The notes under the pieces were generated by a model. The model did no database searches and was not told where the DNA came from. It worked only from the letters and a program-made list of their open reading frames with translations. A DNA stretch of 64,000 nucleotides from NCBI GenBank assembly GCA_963827235.1, contig CAWHAE010000012.1, positions 992,001-1,056,000 on the forward strand, read 5' to 3'. Shown in pieces: positions 10,703 to 21,466 of the stretch; positions within the stretch are counted from its first letter, which is position 1; each line of letters starts with the position of its first letter. Made by a program: the position numbers and the translations under genes. Source of the DNA: an uncultured bacterium (GTDB taxonomy: Bacteria > Chloroflexota > UBA5177 > JANWHV01).

Positions 10703-11502
10703 CGAGGGATGCCTCCTCATCGCGGCAGCCGTGAGACAGAGTTCTCTTGCGTGGAGTCTAGACTATCGTACTCCCAACAGCTATCCCCAGCGTTGACGCG
10801 CAGTTGGTCCCTCTGGCCGAGTCGCGTTCGCCGATCAGCCCGGCTCTTCACTAGGCCACCGGAGCGTTCAGACTTGCACCGACGACGCGCGTCTGCATTG
10901 TTCGCACATCCACAGCATGCCGGTGACGGAGCCCAATACTACAGCCACCGCTACGCCACCAAATAAGCAGTAGGATTACGGCGACCTGCAGGGGAACAGT
11001 CGCCTACTCGTAGCCGCACCTCGGCATTGCCGAGAAGCGACCCGTGACAATCGGCGAGCGGTAGAGCGTGACGCCGACGCCGGTCTCCAGAATTATCCCG
11101 GCCTTTACATTCCCGGGCTCGTGGCGACCCTCCAACTGTTGGGGGCAGAAGCACCTGGCACATCCGCACGCCTACCCGGCCTGCAGCCAAGAGATCAGCT
11201 TCACGTGGGTGATCATGTGAGTCCTGTGTGGCCCGGCTTGCCGGCAGCTTCCACAATAGGGACTGGGTGGCCACCACGGAACCGCATATCGACACCAGAT
11301 CTCCGGTTGGAACTACAGCCGCGCTCAGTGCAGGTGATCGCTCTCTCCAGCAAGTGAGTTGCTGCCCACACTTCGCGGGCATGGCTGCCACGCGTCGGCT
11401 GCGCGGCGCGGTCGCCGGCCGGTACGGCGTCGGCAAGAGTTGGAGCAGACCGTCCAGTTCGCGTGACGGTCAGACACGTCGGTTGCTCTTTTCGGGGAGG
11501 AC

Positions 11503-12048
11503 ATGATGAAGCCCGCGGCAATTACACTTGGTGCAGCGCTCCTGGCAAGTCAGCTCGCCGGCGGTGCATCGTCTGTTGGAGCGATCCGGCTCAGCGGGGG
11601 TACGATCCACGTGTTCGTGACACCCGGCAACGGGGCGGGCGGCACGATTCTGATCACCGGCGCGATTGGAGACGCCGGCAAAACGCTCAACATCGACAAG
11701 GATGGCAAGCCCGATCCCAACGGCGATTACGGCCGTCTCACTTTTCGAGCGGGTACCTTCGAGGTCAACCTTACCAAGCTACAGGCCGCCGAAAACGCTA
11801 TGCAGCCGACCGTGAACCCTATGACCTGTTCGGGCTACGCATCCGTGGCGGAGCCGGTCACCGCTTTTGGCGGCACGGGAGCGTACAAGGGCATCGCCGG
11901 GACCGTGCACATCACTTCGCTGTTTGGCTTCATTCTCCCCCGGTACGCAAGCGGTGCGAAGAAGGGCCAGTGCAACGAGAGTGACAGCGCCGAGCCCATC
12001 GCCCAGTATGCCTCGGTGACCGGCACGGGGACCGTGAGCTTTAGCTAG
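11503..12048 (+). CDS. Secreted beta-barrel protein, dirigent / allene-oxide-cyclase-like motif
   Basis: GGGGAGG RBS, signal peptide, GGTGAYKGIAG motif, two Cys. Confidence 0.7.
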   Translation: MMKPAAITLGAALLASQLAGGASSVGAIRLSGGTIHVFVTPGNGAGGTILITGAIGDAGKTLNIDKDGKPDPNGDYGRLTFRAGTFEVNLTKLQAAENAMQPTVNPMTCSGYASVAEPVTAFGGTGAYKGIAGTVHITSLFGFILPRYASGAKKGQCNESDSAEPIAQYASVTGTGTVSFS

Positions 12049-12366
12049 AGCGAACGTGCCCAGATCCCGTCGCGGCTGACGACACGTTGATGTTATCGAC
12101 GCCGCGATGGGACTGGGCAGCGTTGCAAGCAGGGTCTCCGGCATCGGAGCATCATGAGTGACTCGCAGCTCGGCGACCGTACCGACGTCAATGGGCGGGG
12201 CAGGGAGCGACGGCGGGACTGATTGACCAGCACGCCCGAAGTGATTCAGACCCCGGATGGAGGAGCGCGGCGAGCGGGCGTGTTCTTGCCGCGAGAACAC
12301 AGCCGGGTGCCGCGGCGTGCCCTCGGCGCCGGGATCTGCCCCCGCAGTGCCGGTCACTATGGACTG

Positions 12367-12813
12367 CTAGTCAGCGCTTGCCAGCCAGCCTTCTGCCTCC
12401 TCAAGCGACGCGAAGGATCGCGTCTCACGCTTGAGCCCCCGCTTCGTATCCGTGCTCACTATCCGGTCGACGGAGAGCGCGCCGACTGGGGACGCCGGCA
12501 CGACCACGGCCGAGCGATTCATGCCTGCCGCAACGAAGCGAGGCATAAGGTCCGCCGTGAACCAGGCCTGATCGGACGCCTGCACGACCTTGAGAGCACG
12601 CGTATCAAACATCACCTTCGTGCCGCGATTCCGCCTGAGCGCCCCGATCGCCGCTTCGTGTGCCGCGTGGTAGTGCTCCGAGGTCGGCGCGTCGCGCCAC
12701 TCCACGTAGAGATAGCCGCCCTCAGGCACCCAGCGCACGGTGCAGTATGGGTTCTCGTAGTCTGCAGGAACGCTCGGAGGCGGGTCGGGTCGGCGTACAA
12801 GATCCTCGTCCAT
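12367..12813 (-). CDS. STAS/SEC14 (SpoIIAA-like) domain protein
   Basis: LYVEW...KVMFDTR...DQAWF...RSAVV...FASLEEAEGWL pattern. Confidence 0.75.
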   Translation of the reverse strand: MDEDLVRRPDPPPSVPADYENPYCTVRWVPEGGYLYVEWRDAPTSEHYHAAHEAAIGALRRNRGTKVMFDTRALKVVQASDQAWFTADLMPRFVAAGMNRSAVVVPASPVGALSVDRIVSTDTKRGLKRETRSFASLEEAEGWLASAD

Positions 12814-13162
12814 TGGGAAGGTCCTCCCCTATGCTGTCGAACTCTCCAGGAAATCCCCCATGCGCCTGATTCTATGCATCGAATCGGACAGTCGTCCAGG
12901 ACGGGCTCGAGCTCCGGTGGGCCGATCCCGTGGCAGCAGAGGCGGGAATTCGGCCGAAAAACTGGTAAAGTGACCTATAGGGTAGTGCAAACGGGTGTCA
13001 AGTGTGGATGCTGCAGGAGTGCGTCCTGCCGATTCGCTGTGGAAAGGGCAGCGATTCTGCAGCATGGAAACCGGGCAAAGCTCCGCGCATGAACGGCCAA
13101 ACCTGATCAGCCTTGATGCCGCCGGCGACGGTGATAAGAACGAGCATATGGAGGAGACGGAC

Positions 13163-13579
13163 GTGGCTGAGCGTGTGTACGTTTGTGGAAACAGCAGGTA
13201 TCCGAGCATGGACGATGTCGTGGAGTATGTGACTGCGCTTCCACCGGCGACCGTTGTCTTGCTCGACGGGACAGAGGGCGTCGAGAAAGCAGCTGCCCGA
13301 GCTGCCGAGGCGCGTGGTCTTGCCGTGGAGTACGATCTGCCGGACTGGAGCACCGGCACACACGCCGGCTTTGCCAACAGCGCTCGGCTCGTGGAGCGGG
13401 CTGACCGCGTGGTGGTATTTCGTGCCGGTGGCTCGCCGGGCACGATGGTGGCTATTCGTGAGGCGGTGAAGGCCGGCAAACCGACGCGCGTGTTCTCACC
13501 CAACTGGGCACCGTATCCGGAAGGGTTGCCAGGCGACGAGTACCCTGGCGCCGAGGCACCCTCGCAGGAGATGGCCTAA
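13163..13579 (+). CDS. SLOG-superfamily protein (YspA/DUF2493-like), divergent
   Basis: RVYVCG...PDW....AG...ADRVVVF..G.SPGT...A...GKP pattern; GGAGG RBS before GTG 13163. Confidence 0.7.
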   Translation: MAERVYVCGNSRYPSMDDVVEYVTALPPATVVLLDGTEGVEKAAARAAEARGLAVEYDLPDWSTGTHAGFANSARLVERADRVVVFRAGGSPGTMVAIREAVKAGKPTRVFSPNWAPYPEGLPGDEYPGAEAPSQEMA

Positions 13580-13651
13580 CTGGACGGCTGTGTGGGCGCA
13601 GCAATGTCGGAGTTTACCGACGACCTCTGTGGCACCGGCGCCACAGCCGGA

Positions 13652-15403
13652 TCAGTCTGGACTTGGATGTTCTCGCCGCAAGATCTCCGTGGCCTGCCAA
13701 TCGATCCGATAGTGGCCGGGCAGGCGTACGAGGCTGCCGGCATCGCCCAGATACTCAATCGCCACGCCGTAGTCCCGCTCGCCGGCCTCCAGCGACACGT
13801 AGCCGTTGACCACGTCCGCCAGCACGGCTTCAGGGCGCCGGTGCCGGGGGTCGCCGAAACCGCCTCCCCCGGGCATGAGCAGATCGACGCGCTGCTCGGG
13901 CTCCAGTGCCAGGAGCGCTTTCGGCTGCGGATGCGATCCATCTGAACGGATGAACGAGCCCAGCGCACCGGGATGGCCGCCGCGCAATCCCGTGCCGGGA
14001 AAGCGCGTGCGGTCGATCATGGCCGAGACCGTCCACGGCTGGTCGGTGCGGCAGGCCATGTCGATGTGCTGGCCGAGGCCGCCCCGCCACCGACCAGCAC
14101 CGCCGCTGTCGGTCACTAACTCGCGCCTGTACTGCACCAGCGGCGAAAGTGTCTCCACCACTTCAGCCGGAACGCCCGCCACGCCGCTGGGAAAGCCCGT
14201 GGTGCTCAGCCCATCCTTGCTCGATCGCGCACCCATGCCACCGCAGCTGAACAGGGTAAACGTGAAGGGGGCGACAGGAGACCGTTGGCCGCGCCACACG
14301 GTGATCCACACGGCCTCCGCACCGCCGGCCACGACGCGATCGGGCATCGCATTCGACAGGGCACCGAGTATGACGCAGGGCAGAAAGTGACCGATGATAT
14401 GCCGCGAGGCGACCGCCGCCGGCTCCGTGCAGTTCAGGATGGATCCCAGCGGGGCCGACACGTGCACCGGCCGGAATGACCCTTCGTTGTGCGGCACGTC
14501 GGGACTGATGGCCGCTTTCACGGCGAAGGAGGCGTAGGCATGGGTGTAGTTGAGCACCACGTTGATGCCGCGGCGGCTTTGTGCCGACGACCCGGCGAAG
14601 TCGACGTAAATGTCCTCATCCTCCACCGTCACAGTTACGCGGATGAGAATCGGCTCCTCGAATCCGTCGCTCCAGGCCTCGTCCGCGTACACGCCGTTCG
14701 GGATCTGGCCGATTGCATCGCGCATCGCGCGTTCAGAGCGCGTAATAATCTCGTCCGCCAGGGGGTCGATCGAATCCAGGTGAAACTCGTCCATGAAGCG
14801 CAGCAAGTGCTGGCTGCCTCGTTCGTTGCAGGCTGCCTGCGCATAGAGGTCGCCGATGGTTTCATCGGGTGTCCTCACGTTCGCGCGGATCAGCGCGATC
14901 AGCGTCTCGCACGGGCGCCCCTGCTCGAAGAGCTTCATGATCGGAATGCGCAGTCCCTCTTCAAAAACCTCACGTGCTTCGGCCGACAGCAGGCGCCCGC
15001 CGATATCCGCGGTGTGGCAGGTGTTTGCGAAGTAGCCGGCGATGTGCCCATGGCTGAACACCGGCGTCACAACGGTGATGTCGTTGATCTGGCCGGAGGT
15101 CTGCCACGGGTCGTTCGTCAAGAGGACGTCTCCCGGCCGCAGGCTTTCTTCCGGGTAGCACGCGAGAAAGTGCCGCACGCCGGTAGCCATGGCATTGATG
15201 TGGCCCGGCGTGCCAGTGAGCGATTGAGCCACCATGTAGCCTCGCCTGTCGAACACGCCGCAGGCCAGGTCCTGCGACTCGCGCACAACCGTGCTGAAGG
15301 CGGTGCGCATGAGCGTGATCTGCTGTTCGTTGACGACCGAGAGCAGCCGGTTCCAGAGCACTTCCAGTGCGATCGAGTCCAGTGACTTCTCCGCACCAGT
15401 CAT
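13652..15403 (-). CDS. hyuB: Hydantoinase B / 5-oxoprolinase subunit
   Basis: RTAFSTVVRE..D, PGDVLLTNDP, DSGGAGRWRGG, PGGGGFGDP motifs; ATGA overlap with the upstream gene. Confidence 0.9.
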   Translation of the reverse strand: MTGAEKSLDSIALEVLWNRLLSVVNEQQITLMRTAFSTVVRESQDLACGVFDRRGYMVAQSLTGTPGHINAMATGVRHFLACYPEESLRPGDVLLTNDPWQTSGQINDITVVTPVFSHGHIAGYFANTCHTADIGGRLLSAEAREVFEEGLRIPIMKLFEQGRPCETLIALIRANVRTPDETIGDLYAQAACNERGSQHLLRFMDEFHLDSIDPLADEIITRSERAMRDAIGQIPNGVYADEAWSDGFEEPILIRVTVTVEDEDIYVDFAGSSAQSRRGINVVLNYTHAYASFAVKAAISPDVPHNEGSFRPVHVSAPLGSILNCTEPAAVASRHIIGHFLPCVILGALSNAMPDRVVAGGAEAVWITVWRGQRSPVAPFTFTLFSCGGMGARSSKDGLSTTGFPSGVAGVPAEVVETLSPLVQYRRELVTDSGGAGRWRGGLGQHIDMACRTDQPWTVSAMIDRTRFPGTGLRGGHPGALGSFIRSDGSHPQPKALLALEPEQRVDLLMPGGGGFGDPRHRRPEAVLADVVNGYVSLEAGERDYGVAIEYLGDAGSLVRLPGHYRIDWQATEILRREHPSPD

Positions 15404-17550
15404 GGCGTGACCTCGTGTGCGACTTGCTCGCCTATGTCCACGACCAGATTCAGCCGCTCGTCCACGCACGCGCGATCGCCAAGTCCCATGATCAACGTCG
15501 ACTCCCGTTCTTCCACGATGGCCGGACCATCCAGCGCGCCGCCGGGTGCCAGTAGGTAGCGGTCATAGACCGGTGTCTCGATAGACCGCTTCCTCACGGG
15601 GCAATACGCGCGTCGATAGCCTTTGAGAGCGGTCGCCGCCTTTGTCCCGCCCGCGGGAGAGTGCGACAATCGAAGCGCCGGATTTGGCCCGGACGAGACA
15701 ACGCGCCAGTTGACTATCTCCACGGCGACCGGCGGCCCTTGCCGCCCATACGTCTCGAGATAAGCGTGCTCGAAGTCAGCGCGCAAACCGCCGGCGGATG
15801 CGGAGTCGAGGATGCGGCTTGGCACGGGAACGCGCACTTCGTGACCCTGCCCGATATACCTCATGTCCGCGCTGCGCGTATGGGTGATGGCTTCGTCCGT
15901 CAGGCCGGAGGCAGTCAGTATTGCGCGGCCTTCGCCCTCCATGGACGCGAAGAGCGCGTTGGCTCGATTCCAGTCGGCGCCTTCCAGCGGCACCTGCCAG
16001 GAGCGGGAGAAGTCGAAGGCTAGCGGCGCGGCAAGGAAACCCACGGTGCTCATGACTCCGGCACCGAGCGGCGCGACTACGAGCGGCGCGCCGAGCAGGC
16101 GCGCCACGGCGCAGGCGTGCAGCGGACCGGCCCCGCCGAAGGCGAACAGCGGCAGGCCACGGGGGTTCATGCCGCGCTCAGTTGCGTGGACGCGTGCCGC
16201 GTTGGCCATGTTCTCGTTCACGATCTGGCAGATGCCCCAGGCGGCCACCTCTACAGTTACCGCCAGCGCTCTGGCGATATGCTCGTCGATCGCCACGCGC
16301 GCCGCATCCTCGCCAAGTGCCATCCGCCCGCCAAGAAAGAAGCGCGGATCGAGATAACCCAGGACGACGTTGGCGTCCGTCACCGTGGGAGCGATACCGC
16401 CCAGCATGTAGCAAGCCGGTCCCGGATCGGCGCCGGCGGAGGCAGGACCCACCTTGAGCAGTCCAAAGTCGTCGATGCACGCGATAGACCCACCTCCGGC
16501 GCCGATTTCGATCATCTCGATAACCGGTGTCTTGATGGGAAGGCCGGACCCTCGCTTGAATCGGTACTTTCGGTCCACTTCGAACTCAAAGGTGACCCGC
16601 GGACGGCCGTCTTCGATCGCGCAGAGCTTCGCAGTGGTTCCACCCATGTCGAATGAGAGGAGGTTGGGGTACCCGCAGTCCTTGCCGTATGCCGCCGCAG
16701 CCAGCGCACCGGCGGCGGGGCCGGATTCCAGGAGCCTTATCGGGAACCGCGTTGCCGTCTCCACCGTCGCGATTCCTCCGCTGGAGAGCATGACGAAGAA
16801 GTGCCCGCCGAATCCGCGCCGCACTAGCCTAACTTGCAGCTCGCGCAGGTAGCGTTCGACAAGCGCCTGAACGTACACGTTGGCGATAGTCGTGGAAGTG
16901 CGCTCGTACTCGCGGATCTCGGGCGCTACCTCGGACGAGATGGAGACGTGGAGATCCGGAGCCGCGCGCAGCACGGCGTCGCGGGCTTCCTGCTCGGGGC
17001 GAGGGTTCCTAAAGCTGTGCAGAAAGGAGACGGCAACGGCGGTGACGCCATTCTCGGCAAGCTCTCGTGCCAGGCGGCCCACGAAGGCCGTGTCCAGCTC
17101 CTGATACGTCGAACCGTCGGCCAGCGTGCGCTGCGGCACGTCGAAGCGCAGGTACCGCGGGACAAGTGGCGGCGGCAGCTCGAGTGACAGGTCGTAGAGA
17201 TCGTAGCGGTTCTCACGTCCGATCTCGATGCAGTCGCGAAATCCCTGGCTCGTGAGCAGCGCTGTCAAGGCGCCGGAGCGCTCGATGATTGCATTGGTGA
17301 CCAGTGTCGTGCCGTGAACGAGATGGCGGATGTCGCCGAACGCGATGCCGGCGCCAAGGAGGACGTCTGAAAGCACGTGCTCGACCGCCTGCGACGGGTC
17401 GCGCGGCGTGGTAAGTGTCTTGCCGATGGCAAACTCACCGGTTTCATCGTCTACGACGACGAGGTCGGTAAACGTGCCGCCGATGTCTACACCTGCGCGG
17501 TAATGTCCCGATACCTGTGCCGCCTTGCCCGCGGCGAATTCCGCCGTCAC
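15400..17550 (-). CDS. hyuA: Hydantoinase A / 5-oxoprolinase subunit
   Basis: GVDIGGTFTD, HGTT, ESGPAAG, DMGGTT, IGAGGGS, AGADPGPACY, FGGAGPLHA motifs. Confidence 0.93.
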   Translation of the reverse strand: MTAEFAAGKAAQVSGHYRAGVDIGGTFTDLVVVDDETGEFAIGKTLTTPRDPSQAVEHVLSDVLLGAGIAFGDIRHLVHGTTLVTNAIIERSGALTALLTSQGFRDCIEIGRENRYDLYDLSLELPPPLVPRYLRFDVPQRTLADGSTYQELDTAFVGRLARELAENGVTAVAVSFLHSFRNPRPEQEARDAVLRAAPDLHVSISSEVAPEIREYERTSTTIANVYVQALVERYLRELQVRLVRRGFGGHFFVMLSSGGIATVETATRFPIRLLESGPAAGALAAAAYGKDCGYPNLLSFDMGGTTAKLCAIEDGRPRVTFEFEVDRKYRFKRGSGLPIKTPVIEMIEIGAGGGSIACIDDFGLLKVGPASAGADPGPACYMLGGIAPTVTDANVVLGYLDPRFFLGGRMALGEDAARVAIDEHIARALAVTVEVAAWGICQIVNENMANAARVHATERGMNPRGLPLFAFGGAGPLHACAVARLLGAPLVVAPLGAGVMSTVGFLAAPLAFDFSRSWQVPLEGADWNRANALFASMEGEGRAILTASGLTDEAITHTRSADMRYIGQGHEVRVPVPSRILDSASAGGLRADFEHAYLETYGRQGPPVAVEIVNWRVVSSGPNPALRLSHSPAGGTKAATALKGYRRAYCPVRKRSIETPVYDRYLLAPGGALDGPAIVEERESTLIMGLGDRACVDERLNLVVDIGEQVAHEVTP

Positions 17551-17566
17551 TTACCTCTCCTCATCA

Positions 17567-20500
17567 TCACGTGCTGAAGTCGCTTCCGGCGTACTGGGTG
17601 GACGTCACGGGGCGAGCGCGAGTTGCGCGGAGCACCACTCTACCGCTTTCCCGCACGGCACGCCCGCGCCGGACACTCGCCGGTCCGGCGGCATCGAAGA
17701 GATACTGCAGCAGAGCGCGGTCGGCCAGCAGGTGTGCGGCGCTGCACACGGTGAGGTAATCACCCTGCGCTGTCTCGTCCGCTACTTCAGTCACCATACT
17801 GCAGGTAGTCACACCCGGATGCAGTCCCGGGAAGCCCGCCAGACCGGCGTCGCCACTCTCGGGATCGTAGGTGCCCTTGTTAATCAGCACGTCTCGATCG
17901 TACGGTGCGGGAAAGCGGTCGGGCAGCCGTGACTGCAGGTGCGTTCGATAGCGCTCCGCGTGATCGCCGTTCCAGATCGCAAGCCTGTGATCGTCGGCGA
18001 TCGCCTCGACCAAGCGCTGGGCGATGGAGCTGCAGGCGCCGGCATGCTCGGGATAGCGCTCGGGCGTGGGGGACGGCACGTAGGCGTAGATCAGGCATTG
18101 CGGTATCCAGAACGCCTGGTACCAGGGGCTGCACTGACCGGAGAACAACTGCTCCCAGACGTGAGAGGGAAAGCCGTGGTTGTCGCATACCACGTCCGGC
18201 GCCCACCGGCTCCAGACGGACGGCAGCACCATCGCCTCTGTATGGCGAGTGGCGGCATCGCCGTATGCCGCGGCATATTCCAGGCCGGAGGCGTTGTAGC
18301 GGGCGGCGTGGAGCATCCAGGTTGGATGCTCAGCCCTCAGCTCATCGTAGACGTCCATGCCGTCGACATTCTCGGCCGGCACGACCACGACGTTCACGCG
18401 TTGCAGGTACCGCCGCCAGTTGTCATCCGAGCCGAGAAGCTGGATGAGTCGCAGGAGCGCACCGGTGCTGGAAGGCTCATTCGCGTGGTGCCGGCCGTTG
18501 AGCAACAACGTGCACTTCCAGCCACTCATCTTGGCACGAGACCACCAGCCGGTTCCGCGCGGCACCGTGACCTCGACCGCCACCACGTCGCGGCCACGCG
18601 CGGATCGCCCTGCCCGATAGACATGCACTCCCGGCAGGCGGCCAAGCCGCGATATCGACGCTTCCACCTCCGCACGTGATAGCACTCGATCGAGGGGCAC
18701 CGTCGAGGAGAGTGCCGCGCCGACATCGGCCTCCTCGACTCCGGTCAACACGAACGGGCCGACGGCACCCGGCACCGCGGAACCGGCGGCCGGCCCTTTT
18801 CGCAGAGGGCCTGTCGTCGAGTCGGGTCCGGGTGCCGGCTCTTGCGCCTGCATCCCTCTCGCATGGAGGATGTTCCTCCGGCCGTCGAGCGTGCCGGCGT
18901 CCGGGATAACGTCCAGGCTCCAGCCCACCGGCATGCCGAGGTCCGGAAAGGACGGCGAGGCCGCCGCCAGATCGGCCCAGCCGGAGAGGATGGCCTGCGC
19001 CTGCTCGCGATCCGCGGCAGGTCCGTCGATGGTCAGAAGCAGGCAGGGCGCGCTGCCGCCGGCCTTTACGTCGATGCCGGCGATGCGTGCCTCGGCTGCC
19101 GGCGCGGCGCGGAGGTCGAGCTCACCGGCCACGTCTCCCCGGCGCCAGGTGGCGGTGCATCCGGGCTCCGCTGCCGTGAGGCGCGCCAGCAAGCGCCCGG
19201 CGGCGCCGTCGTGGCGGTGAATGCGCGGCACGATCAATCCCGGCGCCGTCCAGCTGCGAGCATTGCGGCGAAAGCGATCGGGGTCGCCCGTCGCGATCCA
19301 CGGCGGCAGATAGGGATCGCCGGCGCTCGACGAACTGATCAGAGCCGTGCAGTAATCCAGCAGCATGAAGTACAGGTCTTCGTGCAGGCTCTCGAGCGGG
19401 CTGCTGCGCTCTTCGCGTACACCGATGGCCTCGTCCTCCTCGCTCAGCCACACGTCGATCGCCAGCTCGCCGAAGAACGGCTGCAGCTCGCGACGCGGCA
19501 GTCCGTTGCAGGCCCTGCCGATCTCGGCTGCCAGCCGGGGCAGCAAGGACTCCTGAACGTGGTCCCATACCCGCTCGGGATCCGTACGCACGCGCACGTC
19601 GACAATCGGGCTGCCGTCGAGCTCGAGCCGTACACAACCTGTCGCCGGATGGACCATGCCCCACTCCGGAAAGGGCTGGAGGTAGCGACGTGCCACGAAG
19701 GTCGCGTTGAAGCCCCGCTGCATCAGCACATTGCCGTCCACATCCTTGGCCACCACGTCGTAGGTCTCCGGCAGGTCGTCAACCAGCACGATGTCGATGG
19801 CAGCCAACGGGAGGTTCAGGCGCTCGGCCAGGAGCTCATCGACCGGGAACAGATCCTGGAGCCATCGTATCGGCAGCTCGAGCGACGGCGTATCCACCAC
19901 GAACGACTGCACGCGAATCAGGATCCGAGCCACCGGTAAGCGCACGATCGACGGGAGAAGCTCTTCCAGAATCCAGGCACGCCCTTGATGGTAGACCGGC
20001 AGTATACGCACCTGGGTATCGGATGCCTTACGACCCGAGGCCCGAATCTCGCGCAGAAGCAGGCGCCGCATGGCAGCCCGTCGTCCGGACGGCTCGCTCA
20101 GGCGAATGTCGAGGAACCAGGCGTCCGATCCCTCGGGCAGTGCGGCGATGGCAGGCAGTACACTGCTTCGCAGCGTCTGCCATGCCTCGTCGACCTCCCA
20201 GGTCAATGCCGTCGTCTCACACAGCAGCTCCGCGGCTTCTGCCGCGCCAACAAGTACCCCGCACGGATCGTCGGGCAGTGCCGTGTGAAGCCATTGGCGC
20301 GCACAGGCCTGCACGACTTCATGCTCGACCGGCCAACGGGCCGGGACGTTTACCTCTATATGCAGCGGTTGCCGTATGTGCCGTGGCAATGCCGCGCGTG
20401 CCTCGAGCTCCGCGGGAAGAGACTGAATCGCGGGCAGCAGAGCACAGATGGTCGTCATGGGACCGGCAAGAGCGAACAGGCGATGCAACGACCGCTCGAC

Positions 20501-21466
20501 GTCCGCCAGCGCCGGCCGTCCTCGAAGGGACCACGCGTCGAGGGCGGCAAGAGCTTCGAGCGCCGCCAGACGGCCTTGCCCGCTACCCGCGACCCGGATA
20601 GCCGGGCCGGTAGCCGGAGTCTGGAGCCTGATGGTGCCCTCACCTTCGGTGTCCTGTGCGTTCGACAGCGGCTCGACGACGATACGCGCGCCGCCGGCCC
20701 CAGACAATGCCAGGTCACCGGCATGGATCGCCAGCGGAAACGAGGCGCCGAGGCTCTCCAGGCCCAGCCTGGCTCCCAGGTGCGCCAGGGCCGCAGCCTC
20801 GGCAGCCGACAGGTCGTCCGGGATCACGATCACCGCTCGCATCTGGTCCGGTAGCAGGTCGCCGTCAGTATCGAGAGAGAGTCCACCTGGGCCAAACAGG
20901 TCGGCGAGCGAACGCAGCGGAGGCATGGCGTGGCCGGTCTCCAACGAGAGAACGGTGGTGGATGTCGCGGCCAGGATGTGCAAGACCTCCGTGCCGTCGT
21001 CGCGCCTGACGTCGCCGGCGGCCAAGGTATCAAGACCAGTCACGAGCGCGCGGACGGCGGCGGCGAGCCCCGGCCCGTCGCCACCGGCAACCAAGAGGCT
21101 CGGACATGGCGTCTGCAGCGTGGCGACCACCCCATCACCGGGATCGAGGCCGTCGACCAGCGTCACAAATGAGGCGGGACAGAGCAAGGCCAGGGTGCCA
21201 GGCCTGCCGATGAAGCAGGCAATGCGATCGGCGGCCAGCCCGGGCGGATCGCATTCCAGCAGAGGGAGCTGCACTGCCATGCTCTCGAAAGCCAAGCGCG
21301 CTGCGAAGTCCACCGCCGCGCAGTGCTCCGGCAGGTTCGCGCCGGACCCGAGGACTAGTCGAGCGCGAATCATCTCGGGCAGGCCGTCGCCGTCGTAATC
21401 GGCGAGCAGACCTGAAGGCAGGAAGAGGTTGGCCAGGGTCAGGCGGCCGTCGATATCGGGCGTCAT
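17567..21466 (-). CDS. Large (~1300 aa) M14-family zinc metallopeptidase
   Basis: C-terminal HANE (HxxE), ENVDG, RYN, DNH motifs; N-terminal DYDGDG and DTDGD motifs; ATGA overlap with the permease at 21463-21466. Confidence 0.82.
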   Translation of the reverse strand: MTPDIDGRLTLANLFLPSGLLADYDGDGLPEMIRARLVLGSGANLPEHCAAVDFAARLAFESMAVQLPLLECDPPGLAADRIACFIGRPGTLALLCPASFVTLVDGLDPGDGVVATLQTPCPSLLVAGGDGPGLAAAVRALVTGLDTLAAGDVRRDDGTEVLHILAATSTTVLSLETGHAMPPLRSLADLFGPGGLSLDTDGDLLPDQMRAVIVIPDDLSAAEAAALAHLGARLGLESLGASFPLAIHAGDLALSGAGGARIVVEPLSNAQDTEGEGTIRLQTPATGPAIRVAGSGQGRLAALEALAALDAWSLRGRPALADVERSLHRLFALAGPMTTICALLPAIQSLPAELEARAALPRHIRQPLHIEVNVPARWPVEHEVVQACARQWLHTALPDDPCGVLVGAAEAAELLCETTALTWEVDEAWQTLRSSVLPAIAALPEGSDAWFLDIRLSEPSGRRAAMRRLLLREIRASGRKASDTQVRILPVYHQGRAWILEELLPSIVRLPVARILIRVQSFVVDTPSLELPIRWLQDLFPVDELLAERLNLPLAAIDIVLVDDLPETYDVVAKDVDGNVLMQRGFNATFVARRYLQPFPEWGMVHPATGCVRLELDGSPIVDVRVRTDPERVWDHVQESLLPRLAAEIGRACNGLPRRELQPFFGELAIDVWLSEEDEAIGVREERSSPLESLHEDLYFMLLDYCTALISSSSAGDPYLPPWIATGDPDRFRRNARSWTAPGLIVPRIHRHDGAAGRLLARLTAAEPGCTATWRRGDVAGELDLRAAPAAEARIAGIDVKAGGSAPCLLLTIDGPAADREQAQAILSGWADLAAASPSFPDLGMPVGWSLDVIPDAGTLDGRRNILHARGMQAQEPAPGPDSTTGPLRKGPAAGSAVPGAVGPFVLTGVEEADVGAALSSTVPLDRVLSRAEVEASISRLGRLPGVHVYRAGRSARGRDVVAVEVTVPRGTGWWSRAKMSGWKCTLLLNGRHHANEPSSTGALLRLIQLLGSDDNWRRYLQRVNVVVVPAENVDGMDVYDELRAEHPTWMLHAARYNASGLEYAAAYGDAATRHTEAMVLPSVWSRWAPDVVCDNHGFPSHVWEQLFSGQCSPWYQAFWIPQCLIYAYVPSPTPERYPEHAGACSSIAQRLVEAIADDHRLAIWNGDHAERYRTHLQSRLPDRFPAPYDRDVLINKGTYDPESGDAGLAGFPGLHPGVTTCSMVTEVADETAQGDYLTVCSAAHLLADRALLQYLFDAAGPASVRRGRAVRESGRVVLRATRARPVTSTQYAGSDFST

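Noticed and set aside
10851-11160. Hydrophobic minus-strand frame interrupted by TAG (possible recoding)
   Set aside because: No clear start, no family match and no pyl genes; more likely decay or chance.
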